Below, one piece after another: positions 25,812 through 39,019 of a stretch of DNA of 64,000 bases. The position numbers and the translations under genes were made by a program. Numbering within the stretch: the first letter of the stretch is position 1; each line of letters starts with the position of its first letter. This stretch comes from Camelus ferus (taxonomy: Eukaryota): the NCBI RefSeq assembly GCF_009834535.1, contig NC_045697.1, positions 69,318,001 through 69,382,000 on the forward strand, written 5' to 3'. The notes under the pieces were generated by a model. That model ran no database searches. It was given only the letters and a program-made list of their open reading frames with translations, and was not told the DNA's origin.

Positions 25812-26378
25812 TGTGGCAGTCTTTAAACATGGCTCCAAATTCTGATACTTCTCCCATTAGGAAGTGAGGTCTAGGTCCCCTCCTTGTGAACCTGGGTAGG
25901 CTATGATAGCTTTGATAGTTAGCGTAGGGTGGAAATGATGCTATGTCACTTCCAAAAGCTAAGTCACAAAAGCCATGTTGCCTTCTGCTTCTTTTTATTT
26001 GCTGGAATACTCCATCTCGGTGCCGTGCACTGGCGTGCTAAGAAGTCTGGCCATCCCCAGGACACCCTGGCTGTGGGGAAGTCTAAGCCACACGAGGGAA
26101 CTCTGAGTAGGAGCTCTGGTCAACAGTCCCAGCTGAGCCTCGCCTTTGAGCCACCCCTATCCAGGCCCCAGACACATGAGTGGAGATGCTCCCAGATGAT
26201 TCCAGCCCCCAGCTGTTCAAATCTTCCCAGCTGAGGCTCCAGACATCACAGAGGAGAGACAAGCCATCTTCAGCGTGTCTGAGTTCCTGACCGATGGAAT
26301 CCCAGAGCATAACAGGATGGTTGTTTAACACCAGGAAGTTGTGGAGTGCTCCGCTACCCAGGGAAACAACCCAATCAG
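25812..26378 (+). mobile_element. MaLR solo LTR (MLT1F/G/H-like)
   Basis: Begins tgtggcagtctttaaacatggctccaaattc; internal cccagctgaggctccagacatcacagag...ttcctgacc...gaatcc; ends with a degenerate MLT1 3' motif. Confidence 0.8.
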
Positions 26379-26744
26379 AGGTGGTGTATATATAAAGCAG
26401 CCTGCCGTACGCTGGCCAGACAAGTGCTCTACGTGAGAGTAAGGCTGGGGCTGAGAGCCAAGGGGTGAAAAGGCTTGCAACAAAAGGAAGGGGAGGGGAT
26501 GGTCAAAAAGGCATAAGAGTAGGTTGTAGGCACAGGCCCTGCGGTCAGAGGGAGCATGGCTGGTGCCGGAAGAGGCCGGCTGGGCAGAGCACAGGGAGAG
26601 AAGAGCACAAGGCTGACCAGGTAACGGGGGCCAGACCACATTCAGGGCTCTGGTCTCTTATGTGACAGCAGTCAGAAGTTCCTGGACGGTTGTTTGTTTT
26701 TTGGATTTTTTTCCTAATTGAGGCAAAATTCACATAAAAGTCAC

Positions 26745-27174
26745 TTTTATGATTGAATTATATCTCCCCAAAATTCATATGACGTCAAAACCAGTCCCTC
26801 ACAGTGTGACCTTATTTGGAAATAGAGTCATGGGGGATGGGATGTAGTTAGTTAAGATGAGGCAACTAGGTTAAGTCCTAATCCAACAGGACTGTGTCTT
26901 TATAAGCAGGGAAAATTTGGACACAGACAAGCACACAGGGATACAGCATATGAAGACGAAGGCAGAGATTGGGGTGATGGGTCTACAAGCCAAGGAATGC
27001 AGAGGATGGCCAGCAAATCCCAGGAGCCAGGGGAGAGGCCTGGGGCAGAAACCAACCCTGCCAAAACCCTGATCTCAGACTTGTGGACTCCAGAGCTTTG
27101 CGACAACAAATTCCTGCTTTTAACATCACCCAGGTTGTGGTACTTTGTTACAGCAGCCCCAGGGAACTAAGACT
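26745..27174 (+). mobile_element. MaLR solo LTR (MLT1B/C-like) with 5-bp TSD GTCAC
   Basis: ccccaaaattcatatg...gtgtgaccttatttggaaatag...tgtggtactttgttacagcagccc...aactaagac; gtcac at 26740-26744 and 27175-27179. Confidence 0.88.
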
Positions 27175-27242
27175 GTCACCATTTTAAAACACTTTAAAGT
27201 ATGTAATTCACTGATTTTTAGTATCTTCAAAATACAGTGTCA

Positions 27243-27420
27243 GGGGAGGGTACAGCTCAATGGTAGAGCGCATGCTTACCACACACAAGGTCCTGGGTTC
27301 AATCCCCAGTACCTCTGTTAAATAAAAAGATAATAATGATAGTAAGTTAAATAAATAAATAAATATTACCTCCCCCCTAAAAATTTAAACTTTTAATAAT
27401 AAAATTTAAAATGTGTTAAA
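27243..27420 (+). mobile_element. Vic-1-like SINE
   Basis: ggggagggtacagctcaatggtagagcgcatgctt...ggtcctgggttcaatccccagtacctc (A and B boxes) plus AT-rich tail. Confidence 0.92.
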
Positions 27421-28094
27421 TATATATATAGTGTAATGATCACTACTATCTAATTCTAGAACACTTTCATACCTGGAAAGGAAATCCTGTTCCCTTCTCT
27501 CCCCAGCCTTGGCAACCACTAATCTCCTTTCTATCGCTGTGGATTAGTCTACTCTGGACACTTCATATAAATGGAATCACACAGTATGTGGCCTTGTGTG
27601 TCTTGCATCCTTCCCTTTGCATGACGTTTTCAAGGTCCCTCCATGTTGTACATGTATCAGTACTTCATTCCTCTAGACAGCCAAATCATGTTCCATCGAG
27701 TGTGCTTTATTCATCCATTCATCAGCTGATGGATATTTGAATTGTTTCCATTTTTTTTTTTGGCTGTTATGTATAAAGGTACTATTGAACACTCCTGGAC
27801 ACCCTTTATATGAACACCTGTTTTCAGTTCTCTAGGGCCTCTACCTAGGCGTAGAGCTGCTGAGTCACATGGCAACTCTATCTTTAACTTTTTGAGGAAA
27901 CACCAATGTGTCTTCCACAGTGGCTGCACCATTTTCATTCCTACCAGCAATGTCTGAGGGCTCCCTGGCAAGTTATAAGCCAATGAGGGTAAACATCAGA
28001 ATTGCGCTCTGAAAAAGAAAAACAAGAGGAATTAGCTTGTGTGAAAGTATCTGAGTTGGTTTAGGACTGATGGGTCCTAAAACATTCAAGTAGC

Positions 28095-28200
28095 GGGGAG
28101 AGTATAGCTCAGTGGCAGAGTGCGTGCTCAGCATGCATGAATTTTAAATGAATAAGCCTAATTACCTCCACCCCCTCCAAAAAAAAAAAATCAAAAAATA
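28095..28200 (+). mobile_element. Internally deleted Vic-1-like SINE
   Basis: Head ggggagagtatagctcagtggcagagtgcgtgctcagcatgcatga joined directly to the aataagcctaattacctcc tail; attcaagt on both flanks. Confidence 0.8.
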
Positions 28201-30569
28201 AAATTCAAGTGGGAATAGCAGGATAGCAGGTAGGAGAGGTTTGGAAAGGAGGTCAGCCGGCTCTAGAGTTAAAATCTGAGGCTCAGCAGCCTGGAGCATG
28301 TCCGAGATTCCTCAAGAGGAAGCACCGAATGGAGAAAAAGAAAAGCGTGGTCTGATCTTTTAGGCGATCCAAATGAAAGGTGGGATTGAGGAAAATGGAG
28401 TCTGAAGAAAGGAACAAGATAAACAGGATGTCACAAAATTATAAAATTGGTCGATTAAGAAAGAGGAAGGAGACAAAAGATTAAAAAAAGCCAAACAACA
28501 GGAAAAAAACAAAGAAAACAGAAAAAAACTGTAATAAGAAACAAAAGATGGGAAAAGGGTCTAAATTCTGATACTTTAACGAAGAATCAGATATGCACCA
28601 TTTTACTCTTCCTCCATTTTTCCCTTTATTTCTTTTCTTTTTTTTTTTTTTTTGGAAGGGAGAGAGGAACTCATTTTAGTTCCCTCACTCTTAATGTTGT
28701 GAGAGGTTAAACTACTTGATCTTTTATCAGAACTGATGAATAAACGTTTTTCAGTCTGGACATCAAACCTATTTAGCTTAAAACAGAGCTCCCGTAAGGG
28801 AGCCACGTGAAAAGAGTCTGGTTATGTACTTAACAAGTTCCTATTGTTTCATCAAAGCGTCTGAGAGCCAGGGAAGACGGTCACATGCCACTTCAAAGTA
28901 AGAAATCCACAGTGATTAAAGCAGGAGGAAAACCGTTCCCTTGCACACCCTCCTGGCCAACAAGTAGGTATTTAATTACAGAGGCAAATCAAAAGATGAG
29001 ACTCCTAAGAATAAACCTGTAATGACATCTTCTGTCCCATTTCAAAATTATAGTTTAGATTATTTTGTTCCTCAAAAGCCATATCCAGAGATTTACATAT
29101 TAATCAAGGGTGCAGCTAAAACTACATTACAAGGAATTGAATTTTAACTTTGCAACTGTGTGAACAAAGGACTTTTGGGGTTAAATAAACATTGCCTTTA
29201 GAAACACTGCACAGGAACCAATCTCCACTCAGGCTGTGGTCCTTTTTAGATACAGACCTGTGTCCTTGGTTAGTCTACTCCTTTAGTGACTCGCAACACT
29301 AATAAAAATCAGGAAATGTAAAATTGCACTACACCGACTTATTTTATTTGAATAAAATATGCAACCCTGTATTCACTCCATATTCATACCCTTTGCAACA
29401 GATAATATTATCAACTGATAGAAGGGGGGTCCTCCCAGAGTAAATTTGGAAATTAGCTGTTTGAGGCAAGTCCATGCCAGGCAAAAACCCAATTGACATT
29501 TGGACCTAAAAGATATTTTCTTTTGCTTTACATGGAAACTATGAAATTGGTTCCAGTTACATTAGAAAACTGAATCACACTGGGAAAAGTAATAAAAATC
29601 ATTGCAAGCATTAGCCACACTCAGTCACACAGGCTGGTATTTGTGCCTGGTACTTGACATATGTTATTCCAAAGGTATTATTATCCCTGTTTTACGGACA
29701 AAGGTCCAGAAGTGCCGAAGCTCCCAATCTTGCCTCTGATGACACAGAATTGAAATGTACTTTATTTTTTTTTTTAAACCACACTACTACAATTGCCTCC
29801 ACCAGACTAAGCCTTCAGAGACCTGATGTGGGAATTTTTAGAATGTTATTGCTAAGTACAGTTGCAACTGCTGCATAATGATGAGAAAAGAAAGTCAGAA
29901 ATGAAAGATGGTGATCTCCCAGCGGAAAATATACTTAATACTCAGTTAATAAGTAACATGTTATTACTAAGAGTTCTACAAGAAGTTATTTGATTTAGTT
30001 TTGTTAGTGGTGTTGGGGAGGTATGAGAATTTTAGATATGGGGAGTCATTTTCATGTTGTTTCAGACACGGGAAGTAATAAAACAGCCAAGGTGTTCCAA
30101 AACACTGTTTCCCCACAGTTCATAAGAAAAAGTCCTCCCAGTGCCCCTGGTTCAGAGACCCAGTTTGATGATGACACTTAGATTACAAGAGCAGTAACCA
30201 CTGCTCATCAGTACTTCACACAGTAGAGCCACAACCATTAATGTATCCATTAATTCTCAACACACGTCCCTGAAGCAAGTATGAGCATCCCCCTTTTACA
30301 GAGGGAAAAACCCCAATGTTACAGAAGTGATGGCAACCGACTTCCAGGAGAGTGTTAGTCATAAATACAAAGGATAAACACTACACTAAGACTTTAAATT
30401 CCTCATATATATCAGAGATATGGATGAGCTTAATTTTAGACACAATAACTACGTTCATACCAAAATAATCATTGAAAATCTGTAGTATTCCAGAAGGGAA
30501 AATATGATTTGAAAGCACTGAAATGTACTAATAATGATAACAATAATCGCAGGGGGTGGAGGAGAAATA

Positions 30570-30780
30570 CTAATAACTGTTGAACGCGTGCAACATGCCA
30601 GACCTGTTCTAAGCACCTGCTGGGCGTTAACTGCCGCCCCTCACAATGAGCTTGTGAGGCAGGTGCTACTACTCTCCTGAGAGGAAACGGCAGCATGGGA
30701 GTAAATCCAGAGTCACCTTGAGAGTTCAGAGCAGGATTTGGAGCTAGTCCGGCTCCAAAGTCCACGCCCTTGGCCACAAC
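30570..30780 (-). mobile_element. MIR remnant
   Basis: catgccagacctgttctaagcac...cctcacaa...gaggaaac...gcaggatttg...ctccaaagtccacgc. Confidence 0.65.
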
Positions 30781-31331
30781 ATTATACAGTTAAACAAGGC
30801 ACAACTTGTTTTCACGTTCAACCCAGGATTACCTACGCAAGACTGAATTTACTTCACCAAGGAGAGGAAACAAAAATCCCTAATGCTTTGCACTGAACCG
30901 TGTTCCACTGCTCCCTCTGTCACGGGTCCCTTGGACCTCTGGTACAATAAAATGCCAAGCCATATCTGGCCCATTCCGGCTCTAAAACACTCATTTGTAC
31001 TTCAAATACTCATTCACATCTTTAATGGCTTCATCCAACCTACTACTCCCCGAATCCAATTTTCTCTTGAATACATTTAATAGCTTCTTTGTGAATGAAT
31101 CCTATTAGCACCATTTATTCATTCCTTCTGAAACCACATGTTAGGAGGCAGGAAAATAGCATGTTAGAGTGTTATGTTTATTTCATAAAATACACATCTT
31201 CTCTTTAAAAAATAATAGTCTTGTCTAGTTAGATCTTTACATACTACATAAGTCATAAGAAGAAATTTATACTACCACATATAATTTTTTGAGTAATATG
31301 TTTATAAGAAATAAATCAATAAGAGTGGAAA

Positions 31332-32098
31332 TAGACTTACCATATGATCCAGAAATCCCACTTTTGGGCATATGTCCAGAGAAAACTCTAATTTGAAAAG
31401 ATACATGCACCCCAATGTTCATAGCAGCAATATTTATAATAGGCAACACATGGAAACAACCTAAATGCCCATCAACAGATGACTGAATGAAGATGTGGTA
31501 TATATACACAGGAATACTACTCAGCCATAAAAAAGAACGCAATAGGGAGAGGCTATAGCTCAAGTGGTAGAGCACATGCTTAGCATACACAAGGTCCTGG
31601 GTTCAACCCCCAGTACTTCCTCTAAAAATAAATAAGTAAACCTAATTATCCCCCCTCAACCAAAAAATTTTTAAAAAGAATGAAATAATGCCATTTGCAG
31701 CAATATAGCAAATGGATGGACCTAGAGATTATCATACTAGGTGAAGTCAGTCAGAGAAAGACAAATACCATATGGTATCATTTATATGTGAAATCTAAAA
31801 CAAATGATACAAATTATATTTACAAACCAAACAGACTAATGGACACAGAAAAACTATGATTACCAAAGGGGAAAGGATAAATTAGGATTTGGGGATTAAC
31901 AGACACATACTACTATATATAAAATAAACAACAAGGACCTACTATGTAGCCAGGGAACTATATTCAATTTCTTGTAATAACTTATAATGGAAAAGAATCT
32001 GAAAAAAAAATATATGTATGCATAACTGAATTGCTTTGCTGTACACCTGAAACTAACACTGTAAATCAATGACACTTCAATATAAAATTTTAAAAATT
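31332..32098 (+). mobile_element. 5'-truncated L1 3' end with TSD AGAGTGGAAA, carrying a nested SINE
   Basis: ttaccatatgatccag...aaagatacatgcaccccaatgttcatagcagc...tgtacacctgaaactaac; TSD at 31322-31331 and 32099-32108. Confidence 0.92.
31545..31672 (+). mobile_element. Vic-1-like SINE nested in L1
   Basis: tatagctcaagtggtagagcacatgcttagcatacacaaggtcctgggttcaa; TSD aaaaagaacgcaata/aaaaagaatgaaata. Confidence 0.92.
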
Positions 32099-32369
32099 AG
32101 AGTGGAAACACTTCATATCGATAAATATCTCTAAATGATTTTTCATAAACCAATTATTCACTCATTCCAAAATCACTTGTTACTCTATCAATCCGTGGTT
32201 CAAGGACCATCCACATGAGCATCGCCCAGAGGTGGCTGTGAACACAGGTGAGGCCTAATGAATTTCATTTCTGAGGGCAGAATTTTGCATCGCTCACAAA
32301 CTGTGCACATGTTTCCCAAAGTCTGAGTACCACCATCCCAGCTGTTCAAAGAGCTTATCTCAGCCCCTT

Positions 32370-32972
32370 AATTGGTCTCCCTGGTTCTGCCCTTCTATCC
32401 CCACACACACGCTAGTCTCTATACAACAGAGGGTTCCTTTTCAAAGTGTAAGTCAGATCATGCCCACTTCTCTGCTCAAAACTCTCCAAAGGCTTCTCAT
32501 GTCCCTTCATGGCCACAGCTCTGAATGATCTCCCACTTTGTCCTTTCCTGCCACGTCCCCCTCCCCGTGGTGCCAATCACTGTGCTGCCTCCTCCCACAC
32601 CTGGCCCGCCAGAGGCACAGCCTTTGTGGCCATAGGGTCCCCTGCCCGGACTGCTCTCCTGCAGGTATCTCATGGCCTGCACCTCATTTCCCTGGGAGTC
32701 ATGCTCCAGCATTACCTGGCCACCCTATCAAGAGCCACTCCCCTTCCCCCACCACACACAGATACACATTTTCCTGATTTTATCCTCTTTAGGACTTACC
32801 AGTATCTGAAATAGTTACCAGTTTACTTACGTATCTTGTTAGTTGTCTGTTACCCTCACTAAAACATAAGCTTCAGAAAAAGCAGGGGTTTTTTTTCAAT
32901 CTCTTTTGTTCTTAAATGTATACCACTTGGCACACAGACATCAAAAAGTACTCATTGGATGAATGAATGACT
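32370..32972 (+). mobile_element. L2 remnant
   Basis: aagtcagatcatgcccacttctctgctcaaaactctccaaaggcttc...ends gaatgaatga. Confidence 0.75.
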
Positions 32973-33144
32973 GACTATCATAAATGCTCAAATAAAGGCA
33001 CCAGTGGAGTGTTGTAGGACTCTAGAGGACAGACTACCCATTCCTCATGGGAAGAGCCCACCTCCCCTCACAGAAGCGAACACAAATTGGGTTTTGAAGG
33101 AAGAACAGAAAACAGTCTCTTAGAAAAGGAAGGATATTTTACAT

Positions 33145-33405
33145 GGCAACTAGCCTGCAATCTTCAAAAATGTCAATGTCACGAAAGACACAGAAAGAAT
33201 GAGGAAATCTTTCAGACTGAGGGAGACCAGGAAGACGTGACAGCTGGGTGTGGTGTGTGGTTCTGAACTGGATCCTTTTGCTCTAAAGGGCATTACTGGG
33301 GAAACTGGAGAAACCTGGAGGCCATAGATAAAGAAAGGTATAGAGCAGTTCTTCTGTAGTATTCTTGCAACTTTCCTGTAAGTTTGAAATTGTTTCCAAA
33401 GAAGA
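33145..33405 (+). mobile_element. Old L1M (L1MC/ME-like) 3' UTR remnant
   Basis: tcttcaaaaatgtcaatgtcacgaaagaca...tattcttgcaactttcctgtaagtttgaaattgtttccaaa. Confidence 0.7.
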
Positions 33406-34429
33406 AAAAGGGGGCAAGGGGTGTCAGAAAACAGAAAAGGAATCAGAATTATATGAGTAAATGTAATGCATTAAATAATCTGTGAATTAAATGCCCAATG
33501 AATAAAATAGGAGGAAAAAGGACTATCTCTTTCAAACGTTTCTATTCCCCTTGCTCCCCAATTCCTCCAAGAAAAACTTTGGGCCTATGTCATCTTGGCT
33601 TAGAGTCAGGCCAAATATGGTCATTTTTCTTTAAGTATAACACAAACCCCCTGGATCACAGTGGAAACACAGCACGCAGCAGGACATTTGTCTGCATAAA
33701 CTCTGTAGTAAATGACATCTCTCTTCTCCCTACAGAGTAAAGCTTGAGCCCCGTGAATTGCTGTAACTCAAAACATACTTTTTACATAAAAATAATGATG
33801 GGGTTGAAGATAGAAAAAGTAAATCTTTGGACTGGATTGCTGTTGTGAGCCAAAGAGAATGATTAAATATAAAATAAGGCGGGTGGAGGAGAAACAGCTT
33901 GGGGTATAGAGAAACAGACTGACATAGTTTTTTTTTTTTTTTGAAACTGGAAGTTACAGGCAACATGCCTAGAATTTAGATACCAGTATTAAGGACCAAA
34001 CTCTCTTCCAAGCATCTGCAGCTCCGCTGACAGGTCCAATATCATTACAACAAACACCACAGCCATAAGAATCTCAGAGTAACCCAAAGCGTGCCTAGCT
34101 AATGACCCCGTAACTCAAGCAGCGTACAATTGCTCACAGCGTTCCCCATTTTAAACACATTAGAACAACATACAAAAGAAATACACCGACGGTACAAAGG
34201 ACTCATCAGAAGTCCCCTGGTCTTCCATGGTGAGGTGTAAGGCCATTTTTAAAATATAGGCAAGAAACAAAATTAGCTTAACATACAACTTCTCAGGGAC
34301 ACAGCTCCGTACTGTACAACCAAAACGTCAACAGGCAAGTGAAAGCAGGAGTTTAATGCCACAGCGAGGGTCTAGAGAGAGAGAGAGCACCTTCCAAGTT
34401 CCCTCCGCTCCTCTGTATGTGGGGTCCAC

Positions 34430-34700
34430 CATGCTCTCTGGTATTGGCTTGTTTTCATTTAGATTTTCTTCCACAGTGGTGAAATTGAGAAATGGCTTAT
34501 TTTAAAAATGTGAAGTTCCAGCTGCTCCTGGAACACAGTTAGATCTGGCAACGCAGGCTCATATCCTCTGGCCGAGCATCAGCTGGAGGAAAGCAGCTCT
34601 CCCTGCGCTGGGCGAAAGCATGGCTGACCCTTTACCACACTCCCCTCCGACCCTCAATGGCTCGTCATCTGCCTGGTCCCTCTAAGCAGAGGGATCTGCA
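34430..34700. mobile_element. Possible MER102-like hAT remnant
   Basis: aaaaatgtgaagttccagctgctcctggaa...agatctggcaac...cagctggag pattern. Confidence 0.4.
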
Positions 34701-34788
34701 ACCCCAGCTTGGAAAAAATCCAAAACAAGACGAGAGACAACAAAATACCCAACTTGCGAGGAGGATACCAATACTGAGCTGTACCTTT

Positions 34789-35015
34789 TTTTTTAATTTA
34801 AGTATAGTCAGTTTACAATGTTGTGTCAATTTCTGGTGTACAGCATTCGGTTTTTTAATCATACATACATACACATATATTCCTTCTTTTTCATTATAGG
34901 TTACTACAAGATATTGAATACCTTTAATATTGCTATCCAGAAGAAACTCGTTATTTATTTTATATACGGTAGTTAGTATCTGCAAATCCTGAACTCCCAA
35001 TTTATCCCTTCTCAC
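34789..35015 (-). mobile_element. 5'-truncated L1 3' end
   Basis: Poly(T), aagtatagtcagtttacaatgttgtgtcaatttctggtgtacagc...ataggttactacaagatattgaata; TSD ctgtacctt/ctgtatctt. Confidence 0.88.
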
Positions 35016-35504
35016 CTGTATCTTACACATTCTGCTCTAATCAGACTTCAAAGAGAAAGCCCACGTTAATAACATTATGTATAATAAATTACATTCACAT
35101 TCTTCCAAAGGCATTCTCACAAGCATCACTGGCACAGGCAAAGTTTATCATTTTTAACTGAAAACACTTTGCTGGGGAAAACAGGAATGCTTTGAAAGTA
35201 TCTTTGCTTATCAAAATGAGCAGCTGTTTGTTTCAGAAGCCCTCTACATCAGTTCAAAACTAATCATCATAGTTGTGTATATTTCACCACGAATTAGAAA
35301 ATATGAGAAAAAAATAACCATCATAAACACACATGTACTGTAATAGAAACAATTTAATAAGCATAATTGCCTTCAATTGTCAAAATAATGAATATTTTAA
35401 CTTTTTTCTGAATACTTCCCAATTTCCTAGTTGCATACCGGATTATACGTAATCAGAACATTTTCAATCCCAGAGGGACTACCTGTGGACACACAACCAT
35501 GTCC

Positions 35505-35630
35505 ATGGACAAGGCACACACTTTCTGTGCCTCAGTGTCCTCATCAGAACAAGGTGAAGAACAGCACGGACACCTCATGGGGTCACTGGGAAGATTAAAT
35601 GAGTTAACACACAAGCAGGATTTAGAACAG
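35505..35630 (+). mobile_element. MIR remnant
   Basis: tctgtgcctcagtgtcctcatc...gaagattaaatgagttaa. Confidence 0.7.
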
Positions 35631-37329
35631 CAAAAGAAACAATCACTATTGCCCAGCCTTGTATTACTTGATACACTGACCTAAATTACTGATAAGTTAT
35701 GTTCTGTCAGAACCATCTTCATCTCTGCCTTGGTTTGCAGAGTCAAACACTGTCTTACAGTTTTCTACTCAGAGCACATTCCATTATTATCAATTTAACT
35801 GGCTGTCAAATCTCAAAGTCATTAATAAAAGTAGTGATTTCTCAAATGGTTTATGGTCAACCTCTCTACGAAGTACTTAATAGAAAAGAATTAGCTCTAA
35901 ACCAGTATCCAAGTGATAGATTTATCAAAACAATCATCAAGTTTGAAGAATAAAATTCCCAGTGCATTAAAAACGCAGCATTCAAAAAAAAAAAAAAACC
36001 ATCAATGCAGGAAAAGGTAAGCACCATCCCCTAAAGGCAGAGCCTGTAAGTGAACGAATGAATGAAAGAATAAATCAATACACAACTGGTGACATGCTGC
36101 AGATCACAAACTTCCGCTTTCCCTAAAAACAAACAAAAAAACAAAAAAAGACACTGCTTGTACTTAAGAGTCAATGTCGAACTATCTTTTCATACTTACA
36201 GAGCAAGGTGATAATGACATAGGAAAATACTCAACCAGCGTTCCCTCGGTGCTTTCCGTATGCACTGATGCATTTGGGCTTAATGTTGATGGGGTGGTCC
36301 CTGCCCTCAGTGAGTCTAAAATCTAGGTGGGAAACAAAACTAACAGAGACAAACCAAGTGGTAGCCCCTGAGTATCCAATCCACTCTAGGAGTTCACAGA
36401 GAGGAGCACCCAAGGGCACGCTGCAAGTACCCTCAAAGTGAACGGGATCCAGACAAGGGAAGAAGATGCCAGCGTAACAGCGCCACAGCTGTCTCCATCC
36501 ACCAGGCTGCATACAGCAAGTGTGTAACACGCATTACCCAGGCTGCACCCCGGCAAGCTGGGCAAAGGGGGCGGAGGTTTTGTTGTTGGAAAAAAAAAAA
36601 TACAGCAAGTGTTGTTCTGCTCAGTAAATCCCTAATACCCCTAAAAACACATAGCAACTCTGCCTCCTGGGAAGCGCTCCCTGACCACTCCTTACACACC
36701 GCTTCCCCTGATGTATTTCTTTACATGTCTTCCATCCACTGGACTGAGAGCTCCCCAAGTCCAAGAACAATCTGAAACCATCTTGCACTGTGGTCCCAGG
36801 CCTGCACACTCAGTAAACATCCCTGGAGAGAGTGACAGGGAGGGTCCCTCAGCCAGGGGAAGGGATCTTATCCAGACAGTGAGGCACTGAGGTGGAGCCC
36901 ACGGATCCCAGTGCCAAGCTCGCCCGCTCATGGCGCTGCTGAGCAGAAGGGAGAGCCCCTGTCCTCAAGGAACTTAGAGTCCGCTTAGGTTACAAAGAGC
37001 TGTGAGAAAGCCTCTTAAGTGCTCTATCCAGAGTCAGTTATTCCCAGGAATGTGAAGACTTACTCCTCCCTTTAAAATGAGGGGTAGTGGTTTTTAAAGA
37101 CCCTGCAGGGCGGAGGGCTTCAGGACAATGTACAAAGAGCGAACGAGGAAGAGCTCCCTGGGTCATACCAAGGGAGGGAATTAACTCGCTCGTAAATCTC
37201 AAACGTTCCACGCCCTCTTCTGCTCACTGGCTGAGAAGCCGCCATCTGGAAGGCTTAGCACGTGAAAGGCATTATCAACGGTTCTGCTGGAGTATTCCTG
37301 GTAGGCAGAGAACACAAGATGCCAGAACT

Positions 37330-37357
37330 CACACACACACACACACACACACACACA
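37330..37357. repeat. (CA)14 microsatellite
   Basis: Perfect run. Confidence 0.95.
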
Positions 37358-39019
37358 AATCATAATTCTGATTACCTCATTTCACCTTCTTTTTCAGCCA
37401 ATCCAAATCCAGCCTGTTGTAGCTATTTAACTATTAGAGGAACCTTGCAAATGCTTTGCTGAATCATCGGATAGGCAAAATCTTCACGAGGCCTCACATC
37501 CACATTCTGATGCTCAGGCCTGAGCTGACTGGACAGGTAAACACAGACCTCAGCACACAACCGTGAAACTGACAGATGGCGGGAAAGTAAGGCAGGCTGT
37601 GTTTAATTTCACCGAGCCTATCTTGGACTCTGGTTACATCCCAGGAGGCTGGGGCCTGAGCCCGCATTCCCCATCCCTGGCTCTGACTGGCCGTGCCTGC
37701 GTCTATGAAAGGATCACACCTGCACACGGGCAAAGACAGTGCTCTTATCTGTGGTTCTGTTGTCTGTTTCGTTCTCAGCTCCTCTGCCTGCCTGGGCCTC
37801 TGTGCCGGGCCAGCGTGAAGGAATCCACCTCTTCAGGACTCAGCCCGGCTACTGCCCAGAAGCCTGGTCTGAGAGGGGCTCCTAGCTGTTGTTGTTTTTG
37901 AGACCTCAGGCTATGGAATCTGATGAAAAATTATCTTCAGGCTAGAGTCACAGAAAGCCCTTTTCCCCCAAAGGGACCCTGCAATTTGAAAGCGTCTTGC
38001 AAAGTATGTTCTTGCTCTCGTCTTCAGAGCTTTCCCTGAGGCAGACGCGCAGCAGCTCCAAGTCAGAGGGAAGGAAACTGAGTCTCTGGGGGCCTGGGCC
38101 ATTACAGACCTTGCAAACCAGGGCCTCCCTCATGCTGCCTTTTAGATTTTTTTTTTTTAATGCAACACGATCATTTGGCACTGTCCGCATCACCTCTGAG
38201 TCCACAGGTGGGCAGGGAAATGGGAGCATATATTATCCCTGTGCCTCCTACCAGTTCCCCCCAAAACACACTGCCTCCAGTGATGGGTTTGCCCTGGACT
38301 GAGAGGCAAGGACCATGCTTGCTGGCCCAACAAAATGCAACAGCATCCTCAACCCCTTCCCATCGACAATCTGCAAGCCTTGGACTGAAGGAAGCACCGA
38401 CCTGATGCTTTACCCTCCACTTCATTAACAGTCGTGATGCATCCACTATCATATTCTAAAGTCCCAGGTGCACTGGCAACATTCTCCCCTCTTCAAAATG
38501 TTAACATGCACGTCTGTATGTGCTGCCAGAGTTTTAACAACATAAATTATCTTCAGCTAGAATCGAAATTTATCAACAGCTCCCTCCCACCCCCACCCTA
38601 CGCGGGAGCCTCCTGCTCTGAGAGCCAGGCAGTGGAACCCTCGACCAGAGTGATTTAACATCCCTGGGCTTTAAGTACAATCACTGTGTATGCTGTCATC
38701 CAAGATGAATAATTTTCAAAGTGAAAGGGGACACTATTCATCATTACATTGAGACTACACGTGTAAGCTAAAACTGTTGCAGAAGACCAAGACCCATTAA
38801 GCACTTGAACGATGCAACCCTGGGTGCTGAGGTTATCATCAAAGTGGCATTAAAGGGTAGCCCCAACCCTCTTGAAATTGACTAGTGCAAGATACAATCA
38901 AATAATCACCCAAATAAGTAATGATGATCTAACCTAATTATGATGGGTGCTCAAAAGTCCTAGTGTTATAACAGAATATTCCAAGGCTTAACCTGATTTG
39001 GGGGGAATCCCACATGCTC

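Larger units (their letters stand above)
26703..27965 (-). mobile_element. L1MB-like 3' fragment, interrupted by an LTR and a SINE
   Basis: aattgaggcaaaattcacataa...gtcaccattttaa...ggcaaccactaatctcc...; minus ORF 27711-27983 gives MVQPLWKTHWCFLKKLKIELP (L1 ORF2 C-terminus). Confidence 0.88.

Noticed and set aside
27243..27320. tRNA gene-like sequences (also 31545, 50802 and others)
   Set aside because: tRNA-derived SINE heads with tails and TSDs, not intact cloverleaf tRNA genes.
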